A DNA stretch of 64,000 nt from Camelus ferus (lineage: Eukaryota). The stretch spans positions 77,812,001 to 77,876,000 of the forward strand of contig NC_045697.1 in NCBI RefSeq assembly GCF_009834535.1. The letters are read 5' to 3'. Position numbers and translations under genes: made by a program. Each line of letters opens with the position of its first letter. Within the stretch, counting starts at the first letter, position 1. The notes under the pieces were generated by a model that worked only from the letters and a program-made list of their open reading frames with translations, searched no databases and was not told the origin of the DNA. Positions 25,277-38,054 of the stretch are shown piece after piece.

Positions 25277-26350
25277 TTTTGGCGTCTATCTTCATCAGTG
25301 ATATTGGCCTGTAATTCTCTTTTTTGGTGGTGTCTTTGCCTGGTTTTGGTATCAGGGTGATGGTGGCTTCATAGAATGAGTTTGGGAGTATTCCCTCCTT
25401 TTCAATCTTCTGGAAGAGTTTGAGAAGGACTGGTATGAGTTCTTCTTTGTATGTTTGGTAGAATTCCCTGGTGAAGCCATCCAGTCCTGGTCTTTTATTT
25501 GTAGGGAGGTTTTTTTTATTGCTAATTCGATTTCATTTCTAGTGATCAGTTTGTTCAAGTGGTCAGTTTCTTCTTGATTCAGTCTTGGTGGACTGTATGT
25601 TTCCAGAAACTTGTCTATCTCCTCTAGGTTATCCAGTTTGGTTCCATATAGTTTTTCATAATATTCTCATATGAAATTCTGTATTTCTATGTTATTTGTT
25701 GTAATTTCTCCATTTTCCTTTCTTATTTTGCTTATTTGTGCTCTTTTTTTCTTCTTTGTGAGTTTGGCCAGAGGTTTGTTGATTTTATTTACTTTTTCAA
25801 AAAACCAGCTTCTGGTTTGATTGATTTTTTCTACGGTTTTTTTCAGTCTCTATTTTAGTTGTTTCATCCCTGATCTTTATTATTTCCTTCCTTCTGCTGC
25901 CTTTTGGGTATTTTTTTGCTCTTCTTTTTCTAATTCTTTTAGCTGGTGGGTTAGATTGTTTATTTGAGATTGTTCTTGTTTTTTGAGGAAGGCCTGTATT
26001 GCCATAAACTTCCCTCTTAGCACTGCCTTTGCTGCGTCCCATAAATTTTGTGTGGTTATGTTTTCATTTTCATTTGTCTCAAGGTATTTTTTAATTTCAA
26101 CTTTGATTTCATCATTGACCTGTTGGTTTTTTAATAGCATGCTGTTTAATCTCCACACTTTCCTTTTTCTCTCGTTTGTTTCTTTGTAGTTGATTTCTAG
26201 TTTCGTGGCATTGTGGTCAGTAAAGATACTTGAGATAATTTCTATCTTCCTAATTGTTGAGGCTTCTTTTGTGCCCAAGTACATGGTCAATCCTAGAAAA
26301 TGTTTCATGTGCACTTGAAAAGAATGTATATCCTATTTGGGGGGGGGGGA
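25277..26350 (-). mobile_element. Internal L1 ORF2 fragment (endonuclease end to pre-RT) with 13-bp TSD and no poly(A)
   Basis: [51 protein letters not shown] at 25264-25276 and 26351-26363. Confidence 0.9.
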
Positions 26351-27134
26351 ATGTGCACTTTGAATACAGAGATGGATACACATCCTAGGGTGTATTCATC
26401 AGGCAGCAGTAACTGTGAAATGACACAAGTGAGAGTCAGATAACCATGTAAATTAATATTGTTTAAGTCACTGTGTATAATGGTCATGCTTGTGTTTATA
26501 TCCTCAAAAGATAGCGATAAATGAAAAGTACCAAGACACTATAATCACTATTCTAAATGGAAGCCAAATCTCTCAAAAATGTTTTTAAAACTTCACATTA
26601 ATGGTTCATTCATGTATTGCCAATTTTTCTGATTGCCTTCTATGTGTCAGGCAGTGTGACAGAGAAGAAATTATTAAATATTGCAAAATAGTTAATCCTG
26701 TAACTAATAAACACTGACTTTTATTATATGTACTAGAAAGTGCCTTGGGCTGGGTGTCTACATGTGGCTCTGCCTTCACCTGGCTCAGGGACCTTTGAAA
26801 GGTTATCTAGCCTCACCCTGGGTTTTTATCTTCTTGTCTATAAACTATATCATATCTAAATTATATTGCAGCTCTAAATTCCCATGTTCTTAGAAGAGAT
26901 AAATTTGTCTTTATTTTTAGCCAACTTATTGTTGAACAAAATTTTAAGATAAAGTAGAAAAATTGGTTAGGCTGTGATGCTAATGAAACCATGCTCATAA
27001 TTCTCATTTTGATCTAAGTTCTAGAACAGACTCATACCAAGTCCTACTGACTGGCCTTGCAGAAAAATGTTCTGATTTATGGGTAACACATGGGTGTGAT
27101 AGATAAAAGACAATTCAACTAAAAGCGCGCACCC

Positions 27135-27460
27135 TACTGATGATAGCAACGTAATTTCATCTTTGTAGACCAAAGGGCAACAGTGAAATTCATTGGTTTA
27201 GGCTGATTTTCCTTTACAGAAACTAAAAGGAAACTCTCTGGGAAGCTGGTGAAAGTGGAATTAGGACATCTGCCCTTCTGGTGGTGGACTGAAAAGGCAC
27301 TGATGGTTTGAGAATGGTGACAAAGAGAGGCTGAAGGAACCAGGAGGGATGACTTCCTCTGCTCAGAGATGGGAGGTGTGCTCCTTAAGTCCTGAGCAGC
27401 AGATCCTGCAGCCATTCTTGGGAGCAAAGAAGGCACAGGCATTGAGCATTATTCAAATCC
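27135..27460 (-). pseudogene. Degenerate C2H2 zinc-finger remnant
   Basis: CAF..LKEHTSH; FS/SLCHHSQTISAFSVHHQK; FHC/ALWSTK..LRCYHQ. Confidence 0.45.
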
Positions 27461-27479
27461 AACTTCTGTTTAGATCTCC

Positions 27480-28050
27480 AAACAAGAGATATTTACTTTG
27501 TGCCTACTATGTGCCTAGCACACTTCTAGGAATGAGGATACAAGAAAAAGTTTCTGTTCGGTGGAGCTTACATTCTGGCTGGGGAGACAGACCATACCCA
27601 TTAATAAAAAACTAAGTGAAATAACTTCAGGTGGAAAGAAGGCTATAAGAAATGTGAAGTAGTTTGATGGAATAGACAGTGTGATGAAGGAGGGAGAAGG
27701 GCAGTGATAATAAGGCCAAGGCAGTCAGCGAGGCACTCTCTGAGGAAGTGGCACTTGAGATAGGGCAGAAATGGGGAGAAGGAGGCAGTCTCACAAAGGT
27801 GTTGGGGAGATGTGTTTTAGGTAAGGTGATAGCCCAAAAATGGGACTCCGGAGTGTTCAAGGAACAGAAAGGAAGTTCTTGAAAATGGAGTGTAGGGTAT
27901 AAAAAGAAAAGACATCTTGGAGGTACTTACAGGCCACAGAAAAGTTCTAAATGTTATTTCAATTGCACTGGGAAGCCATTGACAGTTTTAAGCAGGAAGT
28001 AATACAATTTATGCTTTTAAAAAGTTACTATGGCTGCTGTGTATATCATA
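27480..28050 (-). mobile_element. L2 fragment
   Basis: gcctactatgtgcctagcacacttctagg...ggagcttacattctgg...tgggaagccattgacagttttaagcagg. Confidence 0.65.
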
Positions 28051-29434
28051 TTGTTTGGGAATGAAAAAGGGAAAAGTAAACTATATGAAAATTCATACAG
28101 CTTTTCTTCAATAAAAATAAAATCAGATTTTCAGATGTGAAACATTTGTTTTATCTACATGTGTGTCTGAATATCAGATTCTTCAATTAAAGCTTAATAA
28201 GGTATATTTGTTATTTGTCTGTCCTGTAATCCATGTTGTAAAAACGATCTCCAAGGGAGGGGATAATGTTTAATAATGTCCAAAAGAGGGCCCCAGGATG
28301 GGCAGGGTGGGTGAGATGTGGGGAATATTGGAAGGAAGTGGATAATCCCTGGAATGGAAATCTCAGCACAAAAAGGAGGTCAGCAATTGAAAACATGATT
28401 TATGGAAAAGTACAAAAAGGTGACCCCAGATAAATAATTAAACTTATCCTAATAAACCAGAAATATGGAATGATGATGATGGGAAATAGATTTGTATTTT
28501 CCAGAGACAGTATGAATACCTTTCTTAGCACAAGTAGCTTAATGGATCAAGATACAGGAGGACAGTTCTTACAGGGAAATAACAGATGCAAATAAACATC
28601 CTGAGTTTTTCATGAAGGACTTGACCCCACATAACTGTTTTTCTAAATACTAAATAATGTATCTTCAGGAAAATACGTAAAACAAAAAAAGAATAGTAAC
28701 ACAAAACTGGAAAAGAATTACCTCATAATTTTATGTATCACCAAAGAAAATCAGTTTATAACACTTTGCTTTATGCTTTCTAGTCTTTCTCTATGTGTAT
28801 GTATTTTCCAACGAGAGATTCATATTGTACATACCATTTTATTGTCTGCTTTTATCACTTAATGTGAAGACACACATTTTGTGCATTTTCTTTCTTTTTT
28901 CTACAATAAACCTGTATTGAATTCTAAGTAGAACAGTTACAATGTAGTACCATACTCAAAAATGGTTAATATTTTAGAGAGACAGGCTGGTAGAAAGCTG
29001 TCATGTAAACTTAGTTCAATTTTTAAGTTTATAATTAAAAGAGGAAATGAGTTTTTCCTTCAACTTAAATTTTATCTGATTACCATTTAACCATTTATTC
29101 TATCTGTATATCATCTATGAATTTGGCAACATGCAGTGAGTGCAGTGTTGGGAATAAAAAGGAATTAGAAAACATAATGAGTGACCCTAACCCCAAAACA
29201 TTGAATGGGGGGAAAAGGCATATATTAGGTCAAGCAAGTAGAAAACAATTCAAAGCAGCAAATAAATAACTTAAGACAGTGTCCAGCATACGCTCTGCAG
29301 CACTTTAGAACAAAGAAAAGCCACTTTCATGAAGTTGAAGTTAGTTTCTTTGCCCAAACACACTTGTGTGCCAGACATTGTACCAAATACTATGAACACA
29401 AACAAGCAAGAGATAAGGTCCTGAAGCTCTAGAG

Positions 29435-29743
29435 CTGCACTATCCACCAAGGTAGCCACTAGCCCACGTTGAGTACTGAGGGCCCGAGACATGGCTAATC
29501 TAAACTGAGATGTGCTGTAAGCACAAAGCACACGGGATCTGACAGTATGAAAAAATATTATTAATTTTTATATCAAGTACATTTTTCTAATTTTGAGTAC
29601 ATGGAATGAAAATGTTTTGGACATATATTAAAATATATTATTAAAATTAGTTTCTTCCATTTCTTTTTCATTTTTTAATGTGGTTACTAGAAAGTTGAAA
29701 GTTACATATAGGGCTCACTTTATATTTCTATTAACTGGTGCTG
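29435..29743 (+). mobile_element. MER33-like hAT-Charlie MITE
   Basis: ggtagccactagcccacg...actgagatgtgctgtaag...aatgtggttactagaaag; 8-bp TSD ctctagag / ctctagat. Confidence 0.75.
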
Positions 29744-30664
29744 CTCTAGATTTTTAAGAACTGGAACAAGAAAAGGCAAATTAAAGCCATGTAAGACAAC
29801 CTACACAAAATGCCAGAAGAGAGGAAAGAGACTCTGTAGTTGCCAAAAACCTACAATCTCCCTAGCAGTGGGTGAGAGTGAGGGAAGAATCTTGGCTGAT
29901 GCCAGGGAGGAATTGTAACTCTGATGGAAAAATGAAACATGGAAAAGAGAGAAGCGATAACAATGTGTTTGCGGGGAGTGACAATACTTAGCTTTAGACA
30001 AACTGAATTGCAGGTGAGGGTGAAATACGCAAGTGGACACAGACTGGCATAGTTTTGACCTTGAATCTTAGAAAAAAAAATTTGGGTTAGTGATGAAATT
30101 TAGGGGTTCTCTAGAAGATGTGTTGGTTAAGTTATCCAAAGAAGGAAGAGAATGAAGAGAGTATGTCTGATTAATGAAGAACTACATTTAAAGGACAAAA
30201 GGAGAAGACGTTGAGAAGACAAAATGGGGAGAGATGAACCAAAGCAGTGTAGTGTCATGGAAGCTAAGGGAGAGGAGAGTTGAGGACAAGGAATGGATCA
30301 TCCCTTTTTTCTCTGTGCTTTTATTTGCATGATTTGAGTCTTCATTCACTGAAAGTTAATTAAACACCTACTCTATGCTGGGTATTGTGAGCATTGCTGG
30401 AGACAGCAATAAACATATGGTGGTGAAAACAGTACAGTGTAGAGGGAGGGTTGGGTGAGGAGGCTATGGAGGTAGAAAGAAAAATATAGAGATTACAGAG
30501 TTTTTCCCAAATGACCATTGGTGACCAAAACCACTGGTAGATCATAGCACCAAAATAAGAACCTAAATTAATCAAAGGTAGGATCAGATTACTTAACAAG
30601 GCGTATAATGAAGTTAACCAAATATTTAATTATATATATTTTTGCTGTACAGATATAGCCTAAA

Positions 30665-30888
30665 CCTGTTTCTCAACCTCAGCACCATCAACACTTGGAC
30701 TAGATACTGCACGCGGGGGCTGGCCTGTGCACTGCAGGATGTTTAGTGGCATCTAGGGCCTCTACCTCCCAAATGCCAATAGTGATCCCCACCCCTTCCA
30801 TTCCACAAGCCTTGAGAAACTGGTTGCCTTATATTGCCAGGTGTGCCCTGAGGGGAGGGCAAAATTGGCCCTGATTGACAACTACCAG
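30665..30888 (+). mobile_element. MER20 hAT-Charlie element
   Basis: tttctcaacctcagcac...cctgtgcactgcaggatgtttagtggcatc...ggcctctacc...attgccag. Confidence 0.8.
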
Positions 30889-30989
30889 CCTGAAGTAAAA
30901 ATTCAGCAATTAACTGAAGGAATTATCTTCTAGTGTGATTTTAACTATCACCCTTTACTATACATGGTAAAGAATCATAGTCAAAATCA

Positions 30990-31390
30990 TGCTAGAGGAT
31001 AATTTCTTCAACTCTCCATAGCGTTAATAAATAGAATTTAATTTCTTACATACAAAAGGATACCTGGTGGTGTGGAGTTGGGCAGGGGGATGTGGTCATT
31101 TGGAAGCCAAGACTCCTTCCATCTTGTGACTCTTCCATCTTCAACATGTGAATTTCCAGATTTACCTGGGTGTCAACAAGGAGCTGGCAGTTCAAGGGAG
31201 ACAGTATGTAGGATCACACAGGTGGTTCTTATAGGCCAGGCCTGAAGAGAGTGTGTCACTTCTCTCCATATTCCCTTAGCTAAGATGGAGTCACATTTCC
31301 ACCGCAAAGAAGGCTGAGAAACGTTGCCCCACTGTGAACCCAGGAGGACAGGGAGATATGTCTCAAGAACAATTAGCTACTCACTGCCAA
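30990..31390. mobile_element. MLT1 LTR fragment
   Basis: ctccttccatcttgtgac...ggccaggcctgaag...cacttctctccatattccc. Confidence 0.55.
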
Positions 31391-31589
31391 TGAGCCCAGA
31401 TTACCTTGAACCTCAAAAATAATTTTATCCTTAATTGTCAGATTTGAATGTCTAAATGAATCAAATTGATTTATAAAATTGTTAGATCTCCATGTATCTT
31501 ACTGCCACATACAGACCTGTTGCATTAGAGTTGGCAGTATTGAGTTTCAGTTGCTAAAGAAAAGCAACAAAATCAATAAGGGATTCTGT

Positions 31590-31794
31590 GCTGAATGTCA
31601 CAGGCTCATTATGCAAACAGCTTTATAAGCAGCTGGGGGAAATGAACAATACCGGCCTTCAGAGAGACTGCAGAACAGAGTATTAAGTGTTATGATTAAA
31701 ATCACAAATTGGCTGGGCACCTGAACTCATAGCAGAGTTATCTCAGAAAAGTGACATGGCTCACTCTTTGGATGTGGATATGGGTACTTCAGGT
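31590..31794 (-). pseudogene. Degenerate C-x4-C type C2H2 zinc-finger remnants (up to three)
   Basis: YP(Y)PHPK(S)E at 31760-31786 (one base change each from YPCPHPKCE); FRCPAN/CDF; YCSFP/SC/YKA..SL*H. Confidence 0.5.
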
Positions 31795-32939
31795 CTATAA
31801 TGCGTTGTGGTAACATATCAATCATCAATCATCAAGAAAATGAAACAGGCTTCATAACAGTCATCTGAATTAATAAGTCAGCTTCTCAAATCTATGACTT
31901 GTTTGAAAAATAGAATAGCAGTTAAACAGCATTAGGGCATCACATTTATTTTCTTTGTTCTTCCACTATCCTAATGTTTGTCATCGTTTATCTCATAAGC
32001 TTAGCAGTACTTACACTTCATAGATTACAAAACTAAATTCTGAACACCCCAAGCCGATAGGAATACTATGGGGGTGCTACAGGGCAAAAACTAATGCAAT
32101 GGCCACTCTGCTCAGTGCATGTTGGGGAAGAGACTCTCCCAGGGTCCTGACAGGCTTGACAATCAGATAAGTAGGTCTTATGTGTTGGATGTTGTAGAAC
32201 CTTTTTACTTATAAACACTATTATAAACATGATTTGTTGCTTAGGCTAGCTGCAAAGATTTAGATAGTCCATAATGTACCTAAATACAAATGATTCATGG
32301 AGAAGTCTGGACTAACTCATAAATAGTACTAAATTCCTTCTCTTAGATTTGGAGGCTGCACAGTATGGTAAGTAGCAGCTGGGACCCATAATAACTAACT
32401 TACAGCATTACTGGATGCATTAAAAAGACGGAAAATAAAAGACATCTGGTACCAAGTGTGCAACACTAACGTTGGTTCTTTTTCATTCCATTTCCTTCCT
32501 CTTTCCTTCCACCTGAATGCAATTACCCTTACTTAACATTTGTTTCTATGCTATTCTGAAGTGCCAATAAAATGACCTTTGGAAAATAGAACAGGGAGTT
32601 GCTGTACCTAAGCCATCCCTAGAAGCAGTGTGAGACCAGGAGTAAATCACTTTGTGTGTATCCCTCTCACAGTACAAGTCTGCTCAGGTGAAAAAGTCTA
32701 GTTAAGATAACCATTTAGAGCAATGGAGGTGGAAATTAGCATAAACTGTGAGCATGTAGGTGAATAATTTTTATACATATGTGACGAGAAGGCACTTTGC
32801 TTTGGATATGGCCTTAGGCCTCTATAAAAAATACTAGCAACTGGCACAGTATTTGTCTTCTATGTATGACCTTCTTTGTCTGGCTCACTGCACTGTCTCA
32901 GCAAAATTCATCCTATAATGAGGGGAGGCCGGCATGGGG

Positions 32940-33350
32940 CACTCATGGCTAGGTGACCACCAAAGACACATGCTCCTCTCCTGAAGAGCAGAGTTGTTGC
33001 TGCCTGTCTGTCCCAGTCCCTCGGCTTTTATGAGGACTCATGTGACTAGTTCTGACCAATGGCTGTGAGTGAAAGTAATGAGGGTGACTTCCAGGCCAAG
33101 GTGATTAAAAATCCAGTATGAATTCCTCATGTTTCCTTCTCTTCCCGTGGCAACCCTGGAGCCATATATTGAAGACGGCAGCCCCACAGGATGGAAGGGG
33201 CCTGAATCCCCCAGTTACAGCCTGGAGGAGTGCTGTCCCAGAAAGTTCACTAACAAAACTGTCCACTTTGGGTATGCCCTGAGTGAGAAATAAATGACAT
33301 AGCAGATATATTGGTACCGCTTGTCTGCGCAGTTAGACTACATTCACTAA
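32940..33350 (+). mobile_element. MLT1 LTR
   Basis: catgtgactagttctgaccaatggctgtgagtgaaagtaatg...gtgagaaataaa. Confidence 0.6.
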
Positions 33351-33934
33351 TACACGGAATAATTGGCCATTTGGGGACTGGACTGAAAATAAATGACAAA
33401 TGAATGATATCAAGTATATTTATAGGAGGTTAAAGCAGGATTGACCATTTTGGTCCATCTGGATCAGAGAAGGTTTGTTTACTTGAGAAGAGAGGTAAGC
33501 TGGGTCCTGAGAATGATTAAAAAGAGAAGAAGAGGAAGGAAAAAAGAAAACCCAAGCAGAAGCCTCAGCACAAGCCAATGCATCATGACAGCAATGGGTA
33601 GAATGCTTCTGCAAGACAATCAATAGCCCAATGTGGCATGGGAATAAATTTGAAAAAGGACTTTGAGAGATAAATAACCTTCTGGAGTTAAGGGAACTGG
33701 GGCTTCGGATACCATGCCGTGAACCTGATCTTGTCAGTGAGTGGGACTCACTGAAGATTTCTGCATACTGCTAGGGCAGCATGAAAGATGACTTTAGGAA
33801 GAAGTGAGGAGATAGGAGAGCCAAGAAAGGAAACAGTGAAGATGCGGGGAGGGCTGGAGGCAGCAGGTAGAGAACAGCGGGATCTCTCCTTTCCCTCTCC
33901 ACACAGAAGGTCTACTTGGGCCATGCTCGCACTC

Positions 33935-34510
33935 CTTGACCTGTGGCCACAGTCTTTTTGTCTAGCTGACAGCCACTCCCCCTTCTTATTTGCTGACAAA
34001 TACCCTGAGTTTGTTTGTACCGGCCATGTGTGCTGTTCTAGAGAGAAACTGGCGTTGTTTCACATTAAGTCATTCCCATCACATTCCTCTCCACCAGGTG
34101 AAGCCACAGCAGAGCCAAGTGAGTCAGGACTCCTGAGTGAAATGTCAGGGAAGCCTGCTGAGGACTTCTGGGAAGTTATTTTCTCCACTGTCTTTTATCC
34201 ACATTGTGTGGATAAAAGGAAAGAGCTCTTAAGGGAGAAAAACTTTTACTCTACCTCCCATCCTTCACTTCTGGCTTTTGAAAGATTGTCATAGCTGGAG
34301 CTGTGACAACCAGCTTGAGACCACACAGGAGAGGTGGTGGAATGGACAGATAGGCACATGTTCGTTTCTTGATGACATGATTGAGCTGCCAAACCATGAT
34401 GCTATTCCCTACCTCCAGACTTCCTGTTATGGGAGGTCATTAGATGTCTTTATAGGTTTAGCCACAGTTAGCTAAGTTTTCTTGACTTGGAGCTAAAGCA
34501 TCCCTGACTT
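33935..34510 (+). mobile_element. MLT1 LTR (old subfamily)
   Basis: gggaagcctgctgaggacttctgggaag...cctacctccagacttcctgttatggga...agctaaagcatccct. Confidence 0.55.
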
Positions 34511-35392
34511 GTAAACTCCAAAAGAAATTATTTCTCCAAATGTATCTAAAATTTTCATATGCTCTAACCCATGGTAGGCTGTACCTGATGATTCTACTCT
34601 TGGAGATGTGTCTGAATCCTGAGTAGAGATTTTAAGTAATTAAGCTAACCCTTGCAATATATGCATATAAATATCTTAGGCACAGATGCAAAAGACATCA
34701 GTTAAACCAAGAATAAAAGAGTCACCTGAAAACTCTTTAAAAGCTAATAAAAATCAACATCAAAGGAAAGTATCTAAATGCAGAAGTAAATAATTCACCA
34801 GATTACCATCAACGACAAGAGTAAAAATTAATGATGCAAAGTATGCAGAAGATAGAAGGAAATTACCATATCCACAAGAAATAGCATTATTTTGCCCTGG
34901 ATTTGCAACATCATTGATCAAAAAAAGCATCTAGAATTAAAGCTTCCAAATCAAAAGTGAATATAAAATTTTCCCCAGATGTAAATTTAATACGTGATTC
35001 AAATAAATTCAGTGGGAGTCATAATGTTTATACAGAAACGCATACATCCTGTTCACTGAAGAAACCATTTATCAGCCCTCTTAATAAATATTCCATGGTA
35101 AAGGCAACTGGAAAATGAATGCATAAAAATCCTTTAGAGCCTTGAGTAAGATCTGTATATGTTTTGAAGAACAAAAACAGAGTTCTGAAGAAAATCAAAA
35201 GTGAAGGAAAGAAAGAGTATGCCATTGTCCAAAAAGCCAATATTCTATCTTATTCTGATCCTCTTTCTACTTGAGAAAAACTCTTCTGCTCTGAGACTGT
35301 TTTCATATGTTCTTACTTAGTGCTTTTCCATCAGTTGAATACCTGGCACATTGTGGTTCTCAACAAATGTTTGTTGAATGAATACCTAAAGA

Positions 35393-35835
35393 CTGTCATA
35401 TTAATTCCCTTGTGGCTGTAACAAATTATCACAAGCTTAGTAGCTTAAAATAACATAAATTTATTCTCTCACATTTTTGGAGGCAAGAAGTCCAAAATCA
35501 GTATCACTGGGCCAAAATCAAGGTGTCAGAGGGCTATGCCTCATCCAGAAACTGTAGAGGAGAATCTGTTTCTTGCCATTTCCAGCTTCTCACAGCTGCC
35601 AGTCTTCACATCACCCGTATGTATGTCTGTGTGTAAAATTTCCCTCTGCCTCCCTTTTATAAGTACACATCAGATTGCAATGTTAAAACCCACCCTAATG
35701 CCTGATAATTCTCCATCTCAAGATTCTTAATTTAATCACATCTGCAAAGACTTTTCTAACCACATAAGATAATGTTCACAGGTTCCAGGGATTAGGATGT
35801 AGGTAACTTTCAGGGGGATGATTTTTCAGCTTAAA
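35393..35835 (-). mobile_element. MLT1C-like LTR
   Basis: ggctgtaacaaattatcacaagcttagtagcttaaaataaca...aatcacatctgcaaagac...cacaggttccagggattagg. Confidence 0.75.
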
Positions 35836-36111
35836 ACAAAAGAATACTTAGAAAGTGATAAACGAAAAACAGAAGAGATGCAAGAAGACAGAGTGCCAAC
35901 AGGAGAAATAACACTTCTGTTGCTCATGTAGATGACTTTGATCATCTTAATGCAGTTAAAATCTTTACTTCCAAAAACCCCAAAATTGAAGACAACGTCA
36001 TTCCTTAAAATTAGTGTGGTAATAAATAAAATTCAAACCAAACAATCAGTGCTAATAAATAAAAACTGGAAAATTACAGACCTCCCCTCTGAAAGAAATA
36101 ATTAATATTAC

Positions 36112-36335
36112 CTATGGTGAGGAATGATCGATAAGAATTTTTATGGGGAACATGATCCAAAAATCATCATTACTAGTATAATTAACTTGGATTCTTTATG
36201 GAATAAAAGAACATTGGGTGAGATACTTTCCCTACACCAACATGATTTTTGCAGAATTCTGGATAGGAGAGAAGAGAGAGAAGAGACTATTGCCAAGAAT
36301 TTTGACACTGCAAAGGCTGGCAGGGAATGTTGAGT
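36112..36335 (-). pseudogene. Degenerate C2H2 zinc-finger remnant
   Basis: FP(A)SLCSVK (36301-36327); KYLTQCSF/FHKESKL; donor-like AG|GTAATA at 36111. Confidence 0.4.
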
Positions 36336-36809
36336 AAATTAAGCACATCAAGAAGTTTTAAAACTCAGAATATAGAGATATAACTTAGTGCATTGAAAAA
36401 ACTGACAATGATAATTTAGAAATTCTTAGAACAAAAATCTAGACTATATTATCACTATTATTTTCCTCTTACTGTTTCTATGTCCTGCCACCGTCTCCCA
36501 ATGTATTATTGCACATTAGGGAGCCCAATATAAAAGCAGTTTAAAATGATAGGAATAATAGAATCCTTTCATTTTATTTTCTTTGCTTTTCTGAATATTT
36601 TCAAAACTTCTACATTCTAAGGACAAAGCAGGGGTTTACCCACTTGTCTTTAGGAGTATTTATTAACATTTCTTTTAATGTCCACATTTTAAAGTTTATT
36701 CTAGAATTCCTCTTCTGGTAAATATTTGTTGAAAAGTAAATGTTTATTGAGTTAATATATATTTGTTGAGTGATTGAAAGAAGACGTCAATATGTATTTG
36801 TTGAGTGAC

Positions 36810-37021
36810 TGACAGAGGAATGAATGGTGGCCCATAGACCCTTTTTGAGAGGTAGGTAAAGTGCACTGATTTTCCCCAGGGCGATCCAAATGAGTAACAG
36901 GAATGTAATTCTTGCTTGTGGCTTATGAAACCCTGGTGCCCAAGGGATGATGTGGGTAGGGAAAATCATAAGCACAGTCTGTGTGTCCCAGAAAACCCTA
37001 CAGAAGGATTCCCAGATCAAT
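36810..37021 (-). pseudogene. Degenerate C2H2 zinc-finger exon remnant with strong splice acceptor
   Basis: Acceptor tttttttgttgttgttattgtttccag ending at 37022; DCAYDFP..SSLGH; QCTLPTSQKGSMGHH (36824-36868) with C-x12-H spacing. Confidence 0.5.
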
Positions 37022-38054
37022 CTGGAAACAATAACAACAACAAAAAAACCAGAGAAGACATAAACATAACGTTTCATTGAAATAATGAATGCCTTATGGT
37101 AGAATTTCAGGAAAATAGGAGAGATATTTTACAGCTGGTGGATATCCTCAGTCCCAGGTAAGTGTACCTTATACCAAAGGTCTATTATCTCCTTTGTTCG
37201 GTTAAGCCCAAACATGGGGCCTCGTGATAAGATTGCTGTTTTTCTAGATGAGACTGAGTCTAAGGGTTTTATGTTTTCTTTAGCTGAGCTTTTTAAAAAA
37301 TGCTTCCAGTTTAACAGTTCTACATACATTCTTATGTACATTCTTCCAAATGCTTTTACTTTTCATTTTCTAGACATTATATTTATATAAATTTGATCCA
37401 TATTTTCCCTTTCATTTGTGGAGAACACATCAAAACATTTGACCCATAAAACGTTTAGTGAAACATCAAATGATCTTTCTGATAAAAAAGGGATTTCAAG
37501 GGCTAAAATTCAGGAAGTTGATTTGCCAAAATTAAACATACAATGATTTTAATAGTTTAGGATTGCTTCAGAATGTGAAATTAATAAATATAAGATGAAC
37601 CTATAATTTATAAAATATACACTTCTTTCCTTTAATTCTATTTCTCTTACTACTATTTTATGAGAAAACAATAGAAATATTCAGAGCAAAATGGACCCTT
37701 TTTGATCTTGAAGTCTTCTCTTTTTTCTGTTTAGTTTATAATTTGAAACAGTTTAAAGTAGCATTTCTCACAGTGTGTTCCACGCAACACAAGACTCAAA
37801 AGATACTTCCTCAAACAAAGCTCTCTCATCAACTAAATGTAGAAATCACTCAATAGTATATCCTGTCTGGGAGATTCACAGTAAGATGCCATCTGAAAGA
37901 ATGGAAGGCAGTGAAAGAACGTTCTTACCTTTACCCCAGCATTGTCTGCTCTGCAAGTATATCTATTAATACCCATGGATTGCACTTTGAGAAACAGTGA
38001 CTAAGTTTTTCTTAGTAACTTCACCCTTAAACATTTCTCTTCTTCAGAGAACAG

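Noticed and set aside
33788..34294. 168-aa + strand ORF
   Set aside because: Mostly overlaps an MLT1 LTR; no recognisable domain.
37923..37935. Strong minus-strand donor AAG|GTAAGA as a candidate first-exon end
   Set aside because: Appears to fall inside a degraded hAT-Charlie-like MITE (~37760-38000); no supporting exon.
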